A DNA stretch of 50,689 bases from Halocafeteria seosinensis (Eukaryota). Below, one piece after another: positions 11,648-25,600 of the stretch (positions are counted from its first letter, which is position 1; each line of letters begins with the position of its first letter). The translations under genes and the position numbers were made by a program. The stretch is from the NCBI GenBank assembly GCA_001687465.1, contig LVLI01000246.1, forward strand, positions 1 through 50,689, written 5' to 3'. Under the pieces are notes generated by a model, which was not told where the DNA came from, did not search any database, and saw only the letters and a list, made by a program, of their open reading frames with translations.

Positions 11648-12344
11648 GAGGGATAGACAGCCTTCTCCCAGTCGAAACGAGCCGAACCACAAATACCTTG
11701 TACAAGCAAGTATGGGACTTTGATTTGTTTTCGGGTTGACTCACTTCCTCCCGACAGCCCCTCCCGACAGCCCCTGTCCCCGTGCGCTGGCTATTCACCC
11801 CCCGCCCAAGGCCCTGCTCTGTTCTTCCAATGACGGTGCCAACTCCGGAGGAAGGGAGGGATGTGACTCAGCACGAAACAAAAATGGTGCGGATTCTTGA
11901 CTCAATAGGACAAGGATACAGTCACAATTGCCCTGACTCAAGCGACAAGAAGCATGCAAGATCGGGTCTGCAGTCCTCTGGTTACTGTTGTACACTACCA
12001 GTAGACGAGGATAACCCGGGAGCGACTCCGGAGAGAAGGAGTCAGATCATCTGAGGAGGAAGAGCCGAATTTTGAAGAATCAATACTACAGCAGAGAAGA
12101 CACAACACTTGAGAACAAGGCGATACAGTGATCTCTATTGTCAAACTGATTGCAGTCTATCCAGACCTCGTGCGGGAATTGACTGAACCGCTCGAAACAG
12201 CAAAAAATGGAACACGGTTTCGTAGATTTTATGCTGTGGAATTGGAATGGGTACCTAGAAAAGTATTTTCGACAGCAAACTAAGCAGCTGTATAGATACA
12301 GAGAATCAGTGGAACGACTGTTTTACATTATCGTCGTTCCCTAG

Positions 12345-15075
12345 CTAGATGCGTTGCTCAAACAGCCGGCGACCGTTGGGATCCACAGAGGCTGAACGCG
12401 AACGGCGAAATGCTGTAAACGCATTCCTTTGCTTCTCATATTTCTGGTATCTTGCAACTGGATCGGCCTTCCTTGATCTCAACCGACGGTTGGTTTTAGA
12501 GTCAATACGGCCTCCACTCACAGCCCAGCGGCTCTCTGGTTGCTTCCGTCTAGCTACGGCATGGTTTGTTGACTCGGCATGCTGCTGAGACGGCAAAGCA
12601 GAGCATCCATTCCTTATATCACGATCATCGGGCAGTGGCTGAAGTCGCACAGGAGCGGGTATGGGATTCGTGCTTGCAGAATATGCCGCAGGAGGTGGCC
12701 GCACTGAAGCAGCGGAAGAAGTAGCCACAGAAACTCTTGTTGCAGTAGCGGGTGGGGGTGCACTCGTGGACTCAGTTACATGAGTGGTTACATCGTTCGC
12801 ACGAGAAGGGTTGCTTGAGGAAAAGGTATTGTCCAAGCGACTACCCTCTGAGGTCAGGTTTGAAGGTGCCACGGGTTTCGAGTCATTCGTATATGATGCC
12901 TCACTGCTAACCTCCGACGAAACAGTGTTCGGAAGAAAATGGTCTTCGGAGAGCGAAAAGCCGCCCAAATTGTTGGCTATCTCGTCGTACATCTCGCTCG
13001 AATTCATTCGCATAAGTTGTTCCGCATTCAGTTCAACCTCACTAAAAGCCGCCTTTTGGGCTGGTTGCTTTTGTATATCATCCATGGGAATGGTTCTCTT
13101 CGCCCGTCGTTTGCTACGGGAAGTCCTTTTCTTCCTTCCTTTACTGGATGCCGATTGTGATCTATTCTTCTTCTTTAGGTTATTAGTTTTCTTCTTCGCG
13201 GCCTTAGAAGGAAATTTACGCTTGCTTCGCCCTCGGGTAGTTTGGCTCTTACTCCTACCGGAGCGGAAATTGCCACTGATGAAGTCCAAGTTGCATCCCT
13301 GTTGGTCGTCCATCGGATGCTGCCTTGAAGCTACAGGCACCCTCCTGGCAGCGTTCTTTTTAGGTTTAGGCTTTGCAGGAGAGCATCGGTGATGGCGGGG
13401 TTCTGTGTTGCCGTACACTTGGGGATACTGCAAGAAAACACACGCCAATCGGTGATTGTAACGCTCCGATGAACCACCCCGACTCTTTGTTCGAAACCCG
13501 TGCCAACACTTACCAGCAGCTCATCAATTTCCCGTCGTCCGGGATTTACTGTTTCACTATACTCCCTCTTCTTGTATCCCGTAAAACTGCCATCCTGGTT
13601 TCCTCCCGACCTTGCGTTGTAGCCTTGTCCTGTAGCACTGAAGTCATTAGCGTCATATGAAGTCGTGAATATATCGCCGGCTTGAATCGATCCTTGGCTA
13701 ACTGAGGTAGCACCACTATCAGTACTCGCTCTCTGTGATTTGCGGACCTCCTGGCTTTGCATACAGGTGTCAGCACCCTCTTCTTCCACCTTTGTGGCAC
13801 CTTCCTCAGTAACAAGAACGTCTGCAGTCTCTTCTTCCTCGGGACGCTCGTTTGAAAGGAGTTTCGTTGTCTTAAGATCTATATCCACAATTGCTTCGGA
13901 CGGCTCTTCCAAATTTTCCCATTGAGATGAGCATGTGTAACTGCCGTGTTCTCTCGAATACTCCTGGAAAAGAGCGTCTGCACTCTTGGACTCCTTCGCT
14001 TGCGATTGTGTACTGGTGTGCTCCTTCCAACTGTCACTCAAATCTGGCTCTTCCACAACCTCAATCTCCTCAGGCTCGTCATTTTCCTGAAGATATTTTG
14101 ACGCACAGGATTGATGATATAACTGTGCCTTCGAGTAAAACTGTTCTCCCGATGTGTAGGGGTGTCCTTGTCCAGGCTGCCATGTCTGGCCAAAGGATAA
14201 GCATCTAGCTGCCAAGGGATTGGACAGCTCTCTCGTGGCCGACAATGAAGAAGACGTATCATCATGTGCTTTCAAATGCATACGATGCTGTTTCGGACTG
14301 AAATAGTTATCACTGCTAGCACCGACTTCTGGAGAATGGCGGGACGCTTCAGTCGTTGGGCTCGACTCAGAAAACTGCCCACCACGTTCTGTTGCTTCCC
14401 CCTTTGCCCGATGTGCTTCTTCAGGAGTGGGTGTACCAGTACCTGAATCGGAATAAGAGTATGATAGCTGCGAAGACTCCGATAGGAAACTCTGTGCGTC
14501 GACGAATGGAGACCCCACTAGTTCCACCGCCCTGTCGTCCCCCATGTCCTGTTGCTGGACCTCTTGTTCTGTGAGCATTATTGACAGGAATAAAAAACAG
14601 GGTGACACCAATCACAACAGACAATACCCCATTCATCAAAGAAATGCTTACCTTTGTCGGAAGTGGTGGAGGTTGAGTCTCTCAAACCTGTAGAGTCTTC
14701 TCCAAAGTACATGGGGTAGGAAAATTGCACCGGTGAGTGCTTCATTGAGCGCACTACTTTCCCACCACCCTTGGACGCCCTATCGGACTCGTCAGTGTAT
14801 CTATTTCTCTGCTGAGAGTCATCATGCGCATCATAACGCTCCGCGTTGGATTCTGGGTCGTTGGTGGGTGGGCTGAAGAGGTCATGCTGGTACACTTTCA
14901 CCCGTGCCGGTTTTCGTTCATTCGTCGCTTTTCCGGTGTTTTTCTTCCGTTGTGCATTCCCATCGAGCTCCTGCAGGGCTTGCCTGTAATTGTTTGTCCT
15001 TGCTTCCTTCTGAGCGCCCTGCCCAGCCGTTAACTTGAGCGAAGGGATGACCATTGTCTCCTCCTCACCTTCCAT
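12345..15075 (-). CDS. Large disordered protein with a C-terminal HYLS1-like motif (3 exons: 15075-14652, 14568-13514, 13427-12345)
   Basis: GT-AG introns 14569-14651 and 13428-13513 join three ORFs in frame (..DKE-QEV.., ..ELL-YPQV..). C-terminal RKADPVARYQKYEKQ resembles the HYLS1 C-terminal box as I recall it. The gene model is solid; the identity is tentative. Confidence 0.65.
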
Positions 15076-15426
15076 ACTAGCTAGCCAGCTGAGTATACTA
15101 CAATGAGTCCGTCTAAAGATTTAATCTGGCTTGTATCTGCTCTGTATGGTGGGATGGAAGAGCTTTAAACAGTCCAATCCCATCGACTTTCCTGCCTGTG
15201 AATTTGAATTCTCAACGGCTGCACGAGCTGTTGGTTGAAGTACGGATTTGAATTCCTTCGAATTTCAAGCATCATTTCCTTGCAAGTGGCAGTGCCGCTG
15301 TGCACAGTGTCCCGGACCCTAGCCTACTGGCACAAACAAAACAGTTTCCACATTGAAAAACAAGCTCAATGAATTGTGAGATATTCGTACAAGCGCCATA
15401 TTGTCTATTATACAATTTTGTACATG

Positions 15427-17836
15427 CTACTCTTCTTGAGTAGCGCGAGGGTAGTGAACCCATTCGTCAAACGTTGAAGACTTGTTTATGCTAATATCCT
15501 CGTATGCTCGGCCTTGTTCAACATCGACCACATCGAGCGACTTGAGGACCAAAGTCTCAAAAAACGAGGCTGCCACTGTCTTTCGGGTAGCACCTGCCAC
15601 AAATTCATTGAGCTTGACTGAATCTCTATCAGATGAAAATTTCTCCGCAAGGGCTTCAGCAAACTTGCGCGTGCGGGGATGCCATCTGTCCGAAGACTTA
15701 GCTTGCATTTCGGAGGATTCGGTGCCATATCGAGAAGATGAAAGGTCTCCGTCTGCTTCAGCAAATGCGGAAGTAAGCCGATGACCCATCGATTCCGCAG
15801 TTACCTGCACAGGACGACGAGTAGACGACTCCTTCGTACGAGGAGTCCCACTAGTCGCCCCCGGCGACATAGATTCCATTTGTTGATCAAATTCGAACAT
15901 GTTGGCTTGATTCATGTCGCCAAAACCATCGGCAAAGGCATCCTGTTCAAACTCATGTTCCTGTTGTTGCTGTTGCTCCTCTTCCGCTTGGGTATGTTCA
16001 TATCCCAAGTGTGGTACCACATCCTCCTCTGTCTCGACATCTGGACGCTGAGGAAATTCATCACCTTTGAGGGACGCATGGAACGCAAAGGTGTCGGCAA
16101 GGCTGCCCTCACGTATTCCGAGTAACGATGACTGCTTTAACGACTTTGTCGCATCCTGCTCCGTCCCACAATACCCTCTTTCACGATGATCAGACCAATA
16201 CGAAGCGGCACGAGATTTTTGCCAACCTCTCCATCTTGGTCGTAGCGTATCACTTGTATCGGCCAACCAACTTTTTATCGTCCTTGCAGGTAGAATCGTT
16301 TCCGAGTCCACAGTGGGTCTGCAAAACGAAAAACCACTACACGGTCAACCTACTCAGCGAACATACAAAATCAACACACATACTTGGGTGCTCTTTTCCT
16401 CCCCTGTCGGGCCTTTCTTCCTGTTTCACCTTGCTGAGTTTCAGGCTGGTCCTGTTCCAGATCCGCAGCAGTTGCCAAAGATGGCATATTCACGCGCTGT
16501 TGTCTACCGGTTGCCGCGTAAGCCGCTTCTTCGCCTTCCCCAAGGTTGACACCACTCTCGTCGGTATCTCCCATCATCATGGTGTCACCCATGCTTCCAT
16601 AGTCTCCAGCATCGAAACTCGCATTAACCCGGTCTTTTTCCACGCCCGCGAGGGAAACTCTGCCTCCTTGAGCTTCCGCCTCTTGCGATTCCTCCAAGTC
16701 TCTGTTAATGTCATCCAGAGTAAGAGATGGCCTTTCTAAGTTAGCATCACCTCGTAGCGATTCTAAGGATTCTCGCACATTCGCTGCTCGATGCTCTTCG
16801 TAATCTAAGCTCTCCCGACTGGCCGAATCTCTGGTACTGTCAAGATTATATTCATTCATGGAAGCTGGGTGGTAGAAATGAGACAGACGACATAAATAAT
16901 AATCGATAACAAAACCGAACACAGAAGGTTACACATACGAGCCATTTGATCCCTTTCCAATGTAATATCTTCTTCACGAGCAGTGTGTTGATTGGAGACA
17001 ACGGTCCACTCGTTGTTACTCTCAAATTGTGACGTACTGCGGCAACACAAAAGATGAACGCCAATTTCAAAGTATATAATTTGAAAACGTAATATTACAA
17101 AACGTACTCAAAATTCAGTTCCAATTCTCTTCCAAAATTTTCGTCATCAATATCAAGTCCGAGTTGCAGAGGATCATTGGTATTGCCCTGCTGCAGGTTA
17201 ATGTTTCGGTAGTCAGCAACTTGCTCCTCTGAGGGTAAATCAACCGCAGCCGGTCGAAATGCCATTTTGATTTTTGTAAGCGCTTCGCTACAGTCAATGT
17301 ATAAGTATTTCACTTTGCGTGAGAAAATCCGAGCAATGCCCAGCAGCAGATGGCCCGAGACACGAAGTGCCAGAGGAACTTGCGGCTTCATGATCGACTC
17401 TGTAACAAATATGAGAAGTGAATGATGAATATTTGGCTATATTTGGCTCAAACGAGTCAAAAAGCGCAACTTCGATTCCTCCCCCTTGTTTCGGTTCCTT
17501 TCCCTTTTTAGTCCGAGTTGCTCCCGTTCTCACTGCATATAGTGGATATTTCCAATCGATTCGTCTTCTCGGATGACTTACCTACTGACTTCTCGATATC
17601 TGCTTCTGAAATTTGGCTCTTGGATAGCTTTTTATCCCAGTGGGCGGCCAGCCATACCTTTCCCAAAGGGCCTTTCTTGGCCAATATCACCTGCAATGAA
17701 GACACACCCAATCAAAATTCGAAATATTGTCTACGTTCATTTGGTATTCATGGCATTGCATTGCCTAGTAAATCCACAGAATCCTCTCAAAAGAGCCAAA
17801 AGGAATTGGAAGGCGCCTCACCTGTGAATAAAACAT
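15427..17836 (-). CDS. RAD21: Cohesin kleisin subunit RAD21/Scc1 (about 6 exons)
   Basis: Exon 1 MFYSQ (17836-17822) splices to [22 protein letters not shown]; also [24 protein letters not shown], a small exon with [12 protein letters not shown], and the C-terminal winged helix [18 protein letters not shown]...[10 protein letters not shown]. Confidence 0.93.
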
Positions 17837-18294
17837 GATTCCTTTTCTCCACTATCACGCGTGACTGTTGCTTCTTTTCCTCCACAATCTGCTTGGATAT
17901 GTTACTCCGTGTATTTTCCATACACTGAGTGAAAAAGTCCCGGAAAATATGCTTAGCCCCATGTGCTATAGAGCCCTCAAACTCTTGGAATTCCGGCCGT
18001 GTTGTTTTGAAATGTTCAACGAACCTCAACTTTTGTTTGTTGCTTCCCCATAACTACCACTTCAAGTTCAAGCTGTCCGAAATCCGAGGGTTCGCCGTGA
18101 AACGCCGAAAAGGGTCCCCAGGGGGCAAGTTAAGGGGCGGACGGATCAGAAAAACACTGCACACTATTCCCACAGAATAGTACTGAGTGTTGATTGCGTT
18201 TGGAGTGAACTCTAGACGTTTGTTTCTGGTCTTTGGATCGAAGTAGATATTGCCAACATTGGTATTGCATAACGTGCTCGCTGTCAGAATCACG

Positions 18295-19855
18295 ATGTAT
18301 CCTGTATCTAGCCGGGCTCGCACGGCCTTTACTGGCGCTATGCGTCAAATGAAGCAGCCACTCACTCCCTTTGCCCAGATGATAAGTGCCAGATGGGGGA
18401 GCTCTATTACCATGGACGAGAAAACACGTCACTTGAACGTGCCCAAGGATCCCATCATCCCATTTATCGAAGGAGATGGTACGGGCCCAGACATCTGGAG
18501 AGCGACGCGTATTGTCCTGGATGCCGCGGTCAAGGAAGCATACAAGGGTGACAGGCAAATTGAGTGGACTGAGGTATTTGCAGGAGAGAAAGCATTTACT
18601 CAGACGGGTGAATGGCTCCCCAGTGCCACCCTGGATGCTTTCCGTAAATACCTGGTGGGTATCAAAGGACCCCTTACCACTCCGGTTAGTGGTGGATTCC
18701 GATCATTGAATGTACAGTTGAGGAAGGATCTCGACTTGTACGTGTGCCTTCGTCCTGTCCGATACTTCACCGGCGTTCCATCTCCCATGAAGCGGCCAGA
18801 CGACGTGAATATGGTCATCTTCCGTGAAAACACCGAAGATATCTACGCTGGAATTGAATTCCAAGCCGGCTCTCAGGATGCCAAAGACCTGGTGCAATTT
18901 TTGGAGAGCAAAGGTGCTGGAGACAACATCCGCTTCAAAGAAACATCTGGGCTTGGTGTCAAACCTGTTTCCCAGGAAGGATCTGAGCGGCTGGTCCGCG
19001 CCGCCATCCAGTACGCCCTGGAGTACAACCTCAAGAGTGTTACCCTAGCGCACAAGGGTAATATCATGAAATTCACCGAGGGAGCATTCAAACAGTGGGG
19101 TTACGACTTGGCCCGCCGTGAAGTAAGCAAAATTATCGATTACTTAGCAAATACGTAGTAATTGTTCACTACCAAGCACTTTGTGCCTCCCACCCTTGCA
19201 GTTCCGCGATAAGGTCGTTACCGAACGGGAGAGTTGGATCCTGGAGAACCTCGATAACAACCCCAAAATCAGTGCTGAGGATAATGCAAGAGCCATTGAA
19301 CCTGGTTATGACATGATGACCAAGGATCAACAAACTACTATCACTGAAGAAGTCAACACTGTGATGAAGGATGTTGCGGCAACTCATGGCAACGGTGCCT
19401 GGAAGAACAAGCTTCTGATTAAGGATACAATTGCTGATATCACGTTCCAACAAGTGCTCACCAGGCCGAAAGATTTTTCAGTTATTGCCACGACTAACTT
19501 GAACGGGGATTACCTTAGTGACGCTCTTGCTGCTCAAGTTGGCGGAATTGGGATTGCACCAGGTGGAAACATCAATTCGCAAACCGGTCATGCTATCTTT
19601 GAAGCTACTCATGGGACAGCCCCCAAATATGCTAATTTGGATAAAGTAAATCCAGGATCCATGATTCTCTCAGGAGAAATGATGTTACGCCACTTGGGAT
19701 GGGATGAAGCCGCCGACCTGGTCATCAAAGGCATGGATAGGACCATCGCTCAAAAGCGAGTGACCTATGACTTCCATCGATTAATGGATGGTAATCCAGA
19801 GAAGCTGAAATGCTCAGAGTTTGGCCAAGCTATTGCTGAGAATATGAAGAACTAG
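18295..19855 (+). CDS. icd: NADP-dependent isocitrate dehydrogenase, prokaryote-type, with putative mitochondrial presequence (exons 18295-19122, 19202-19855)
   Basis: [68 protein letters not shown] 79-nt GTAAGC...TTGCAG intron joins the two ORFs in frame; the N-terminal extension is Arg/Ala/Ser-rich and acid-free. Confidence 0.95.
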
Positions 19856-20296
19856 GCCAACCTGATTCCGTCGACGTCATGGCTAGATTCAGATCCGAAA
19901 CCGTGGCTAGACTTCCCTTTTTTTTTTTTTTTTGGTTCTGCTTCACGTCGCGCGCTCGGAAGCGACAGTCTTCCCAAAAAAATAATAACACAAAATGAGC
20001 ATAATCCAGTTTATTTGTACCACATATGCGCTGACTCTTTTACCACTCTTACGCTGCTCAATGACTCACCTGAGGGAGGGGTCAAGTCCGCAACGCACAA
20101 CGTCCCACACCTTTGGTCCACAAAAGGCCGTATTCTTCACTTTGGTGATCGAATTGTCCGATATTCTCGAAGCGCACAGGTGCCACAGTGTAATAGGAAA
20201 TAAGGGTTCAGTAGATTGTGCAGCCGGTTATCGTGGTAGAGCCGGGAGCCAGCGAAATACCCGCTGCAGTGGCAGGAAGTCAGTTACCAGGGAACC

Positions 20297-21696
<1,400 letters not shown>

Positions 21697-22624
21697 CAAT
21701 ACTGGTAACAGGACGAAGTACCCCAGAGTGTATGCCGCTCTGAGCTAGCTATAACGACATTCTCACATATATACAACCACACGAGATGTCCAAAGTGGCC
21801 AACGATATCTTGTCATTGTTTTCCTTCTAGCCGTTCCACCGAGGAATTATTTACACTTACTGACCACATACACCGACACTCACCAAACCCATTATCAAAT
21901 GGGCGATTCGCCAGTCTCCTTGGTGCGTATTCCCTTAGCTTAGATATAGCGTATCTCTTACTCACGAGAAAACATGAAACAGGTTTTCTTGGAGTCCATA
22001 TACACGGAGCGCGCGGGAGCCAGTTTCAAATTGGCTATGTGGTTTTTGAACCACGCATTAAGTTGAAGTGCGGTCTTCAACTTACGCTTGACTCCGGAGT
22101 CCGCTTCTTATTTTCACCAGCTTGCGTCCTCTTCGAATGGAGCATGTCAAAGGCATAGAGGTAGTACCAGTCTACCCGATCGAATGGCGCAAATTTGCTC
22201 CGGGTTCTTCGGTCTAGGGTGGCTCTGGCACTGCTTCGATTCCTCGCTTCTACTTGAAGAAAGAAAAGATTGACGGGTTGAGTCAAAAACGACAAAAAAG
22301 GTTTTGTAGGGGACCCCAAAGGGAGCAGATGGGGCAGCAGAAGTCACTTTGGTTTAAAGCAATTGTGGAGCACAGAAAGGATTGATACAGAGGTGCTGTG
22401 TATAGGGGACAAGTTTTTGTACGTGACATACCTTGTATCAAGTGTTTTCCAGCACCTCAATTGCTGTAGTAAGGTGTATATCGTTGTGGTTGAGGTTGTG
22501 GTGTGGCTTCGGAAAGTGCATCCACTCACTTCCTCGAGGCAATATAAGCTGTGTTCGTGCCCTTTTGCGGCTTCCGAGCGTGTGCTGAACGAGTGTACAT
22601 AATGGATTAACTGTATACGGGAGA

Positions 22625-25600
22625 ATGGGGAATCAGTCGATGAAATCCTTGGGTCCTCTGGCCCAACGAGAGGGCCCGAATAGCATTACCAAGCAGGAAA
22701 TCAAAGATGCGATGAAGAAGTTTAAGGCCACAGAACTCTCTGTTCTCAAGTTTACCTTCAAGGTAAGGCCGCCATATATATTTGTGGATCCTCCTGTGTG
22801 AGTAGGTGTGCATGTTGTAATGTATCTGGCGGCAGGACTTGGCGGCTCGAGGATCCACAGGCAAGGATATCGATAAAAACACATTTCTAAAAGCATTCCC
22901 TCTTCCAGGACTCATAGGAGGTAAGTGTGCAAACGGTCTGTTAGAGTGCAGGGGACTTATTTTCTTCCCTGGTGGGAGAAAATGATGACTTGGCTCCTCC
23001 TGACACCCACGCGTACATTTACGACTTCAATGGACTGCAGAACGACTTTTCACTTTATTCGACAAAGATGAGAGTGGGGTTATAAATTACGAGGAATTTA
23101 TATTTGGTCTTGCTATCTGGTGTCGAGGAACAGTGGAGGAAAGAATGGAGTTTTTGTTCAAGTAAGTACCCAAAAACAAAAGTCCTTCATAACCCTCTTG
23201 TAATACTCGATTTGTTTCCGTGTGCGATTTCGACTGTGTCGTCGTGCAGTATGTATGATCTTAATGGGTAAGTCTTAATCACTGAATGGGCAATTCTAAA
23301 TACCACTTACGCGAACGATGGGTGTTACGCTACAGCGATGGGTACGTCAGCAAGGCGGATTTGCGCACAATGCTGAACCATTTACCCAGGGAAGTCGTCA
23401 GAACTATGGACCGTGGAAGTTTGGATGTGAGCTCCAATAGTGAGCTTCATACAGCAGCAGTAGACAGCATGGTCAAACGAGCTTTCGAGGAATGTGATCT
23501 GGATCGAGACGGGAAACTTAGTTTCCAGTCGTTCGCAAAATGGCTGGAAAAAACGCCAGAGATTCTGCAGTTTCTGTCAGCCGTATTCCCATATGGAACG
23601 GAAGATGCAAATGATGAGGAAAGCAAGGATACTGAAGGCAGCACGCCAGGTAAGAGGGTCAATCAGCGCAGAAAGTCCCTCGAAGGCACCAAGACGTCCA
23701 AGGAGGGTTCTCAGGTAAAGGATAAAGGAAATCTCTTCAAAGCGAATTCGGCTATGTCGCCGGGGCGATACTCAGCCGCAAATGCTCCTCCACCTCCTCA
23801 AACCCCTCTTTCAAAGCAATCATCTGCCCCTAGCCCTCGAATTGAAGGAAGCTCAGCGATCCCGAGTGGCGGAGCTTCCGGGCACAGTACTGCACACACT
23901 TCTCAAACCGGAAGTCGCCACTCTAATACTTGTGCGCAGCCGACGATGCTTTCCATGGCAAATCCATTTGCGTTGAGTTCCTCCGCCAGCTCCTCAGCGT
24001 GGACGACCCGCAGCTTCGTTCGTGGGCTCCATGAAAATGCTTCAAGTAGTCTCAGCAGTTATATGGCGGACCAGAAGAACAAGTGCATGTTACTACCAAC
24101 GGTATCTCTACGCCATTCAGAAGAATGCGACCTCAAAGACCGCCTTTGTTTGGCATGCAAACACTGTAATAACTCTGTCAGCTTTGACCAACATACAGGT
24201 GCCCCGCTTGCAACACACGTAAATGAGCCAGTGGTAGAACACTCGCCGGTTGGCTGGTCCGTACGTTGCCGCTATTCATCAAAGTCACGCTGGGTTCAGC
24301 AACTTTTAGGAGATTCTGCGTCGAGGCCAGAAGCCCAGCAAACTCCAGCTGCAGTGGCTTCCGAACTTGACGAACAAAACGTGGAAGCAATGACGGGAAT
24401 CGACTCGCCAGAGAAGGGATCTAACAACAAAGAGGATCCACGGAAAGATTCGAAGCATGCTTATGGGCGCTCCCGGGGTCGTAGTTTCTCTAAGGAGAAA
24501 CCACCTATCGGTCCAGAAATATCGCTAATCCGTGAACAGGCCGAGGAGGATACAGACTCCAAAGGATCATGGGCTAAGTCGCCGGTACAACAAGTAGATA
24601 CCTACTCCTCTGATTGGACATCTCCAGAAGCATTCGCTACTGAAAATAGCTATGGCAAGGACATATTCAGTGAGAATATTGACGAGGGCGCCGAAAGTGA
24701 CACCGACAGCACTGCGAGCAGCGGCACTCGAGATGTATCTGTTATACCGGACGATGTTGAAGCCAGTTCAGTTGAGGGTGACACTCCACCGGAGCCTATA
24801 CGAAGATCGAAGTCAAAACGGCGTTCGCAGGCCAAACGATTACAAGGAAAACGCGGTTCTATGGGTAGCAAAGCCGAGGATGACTACAGCAAGTATGCTG
24901 ACATAGATGCACTGGCTCGACGCCGGGAAATAAGTGTAGCTGATGGTGACGAAGCTGCGGTGAATGACTCGACGCAAGACGGTGTGCATAAGATGAACGA
25001 AGAATTCCGCGCTGCTTCACTTGCTGCGAAACGAAGTGGGGTTTCCGGAAACGACGCTCTTTTCGCAACTTCCTCAGTGGTGTTCCAAGGAGACGGAGCT
25101 GTACTTACGGAAAGCCTTGTATCCCTTTGTTCCAATTGTGGTGCTTCTCATGATGCCTTGGAATGGGTCCACTGTAATCGATGGATAGAAAGGTCGGCAA
25201 CAGCATTCACAAATGCGTTACTAGATAAGCTGGAGGAAATGAGTGTTGATCCCCGAAGTCTACAACAATTGGCAAGCTCTCCTGAGGGTCGGGGGAGACG
25301 GGCTACTTCACCCGACAGCAACGAATGGGATTCTAGGGTTGCGCAAATTGCTGCCACGATCGCCACCGAGGCTGCCAGGTTCTGGCCACTCCGCCATGGG
25401 GAAAGTAACCATCAAGGAATGAGCACGGCGGATAAACTGGGTATGCATCAACCAAGGGACCCGCTCCAAAGGGGCGAACGGAGAAGTTCGCTTGATGGGT
25501 CAAATGCGACATACGGAAGTGAATCTACCGCTGAAGGATACTCCTCCCATACAGCAGCCCTCCATGGACCATTTCAAGTTCCTCACATGGATTATCCACA

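Noticed and set aside
11747..11774. 14-bp tandem duplication cctcccgacagccc
   Set aside because: Only two copies; no evidence of function.
12784..13392. 202-aa plus-strand ORF
   Set aside because: Antisense shadow of the HYLS1-like gene.
15195..15270. TTTGAA (CHR-like) motifs, also near 18005 and 22024, as cell-cycle promoter elements
   Set aside because: Short hexamers expected by chance; cannot be supported without a genome-wide enrichment test.
19918..19933. Poly-T tract after IDH as a terminator
   Set aside because: Eukaryotic context; no convincing hairpin or Pol III gene upstream.
23286..23335. ORF-track start MGNSKY for the 1370-aa kinase
   Set aside because: It lies within intron 23268-23335; upstream exons complete the EF-hands.
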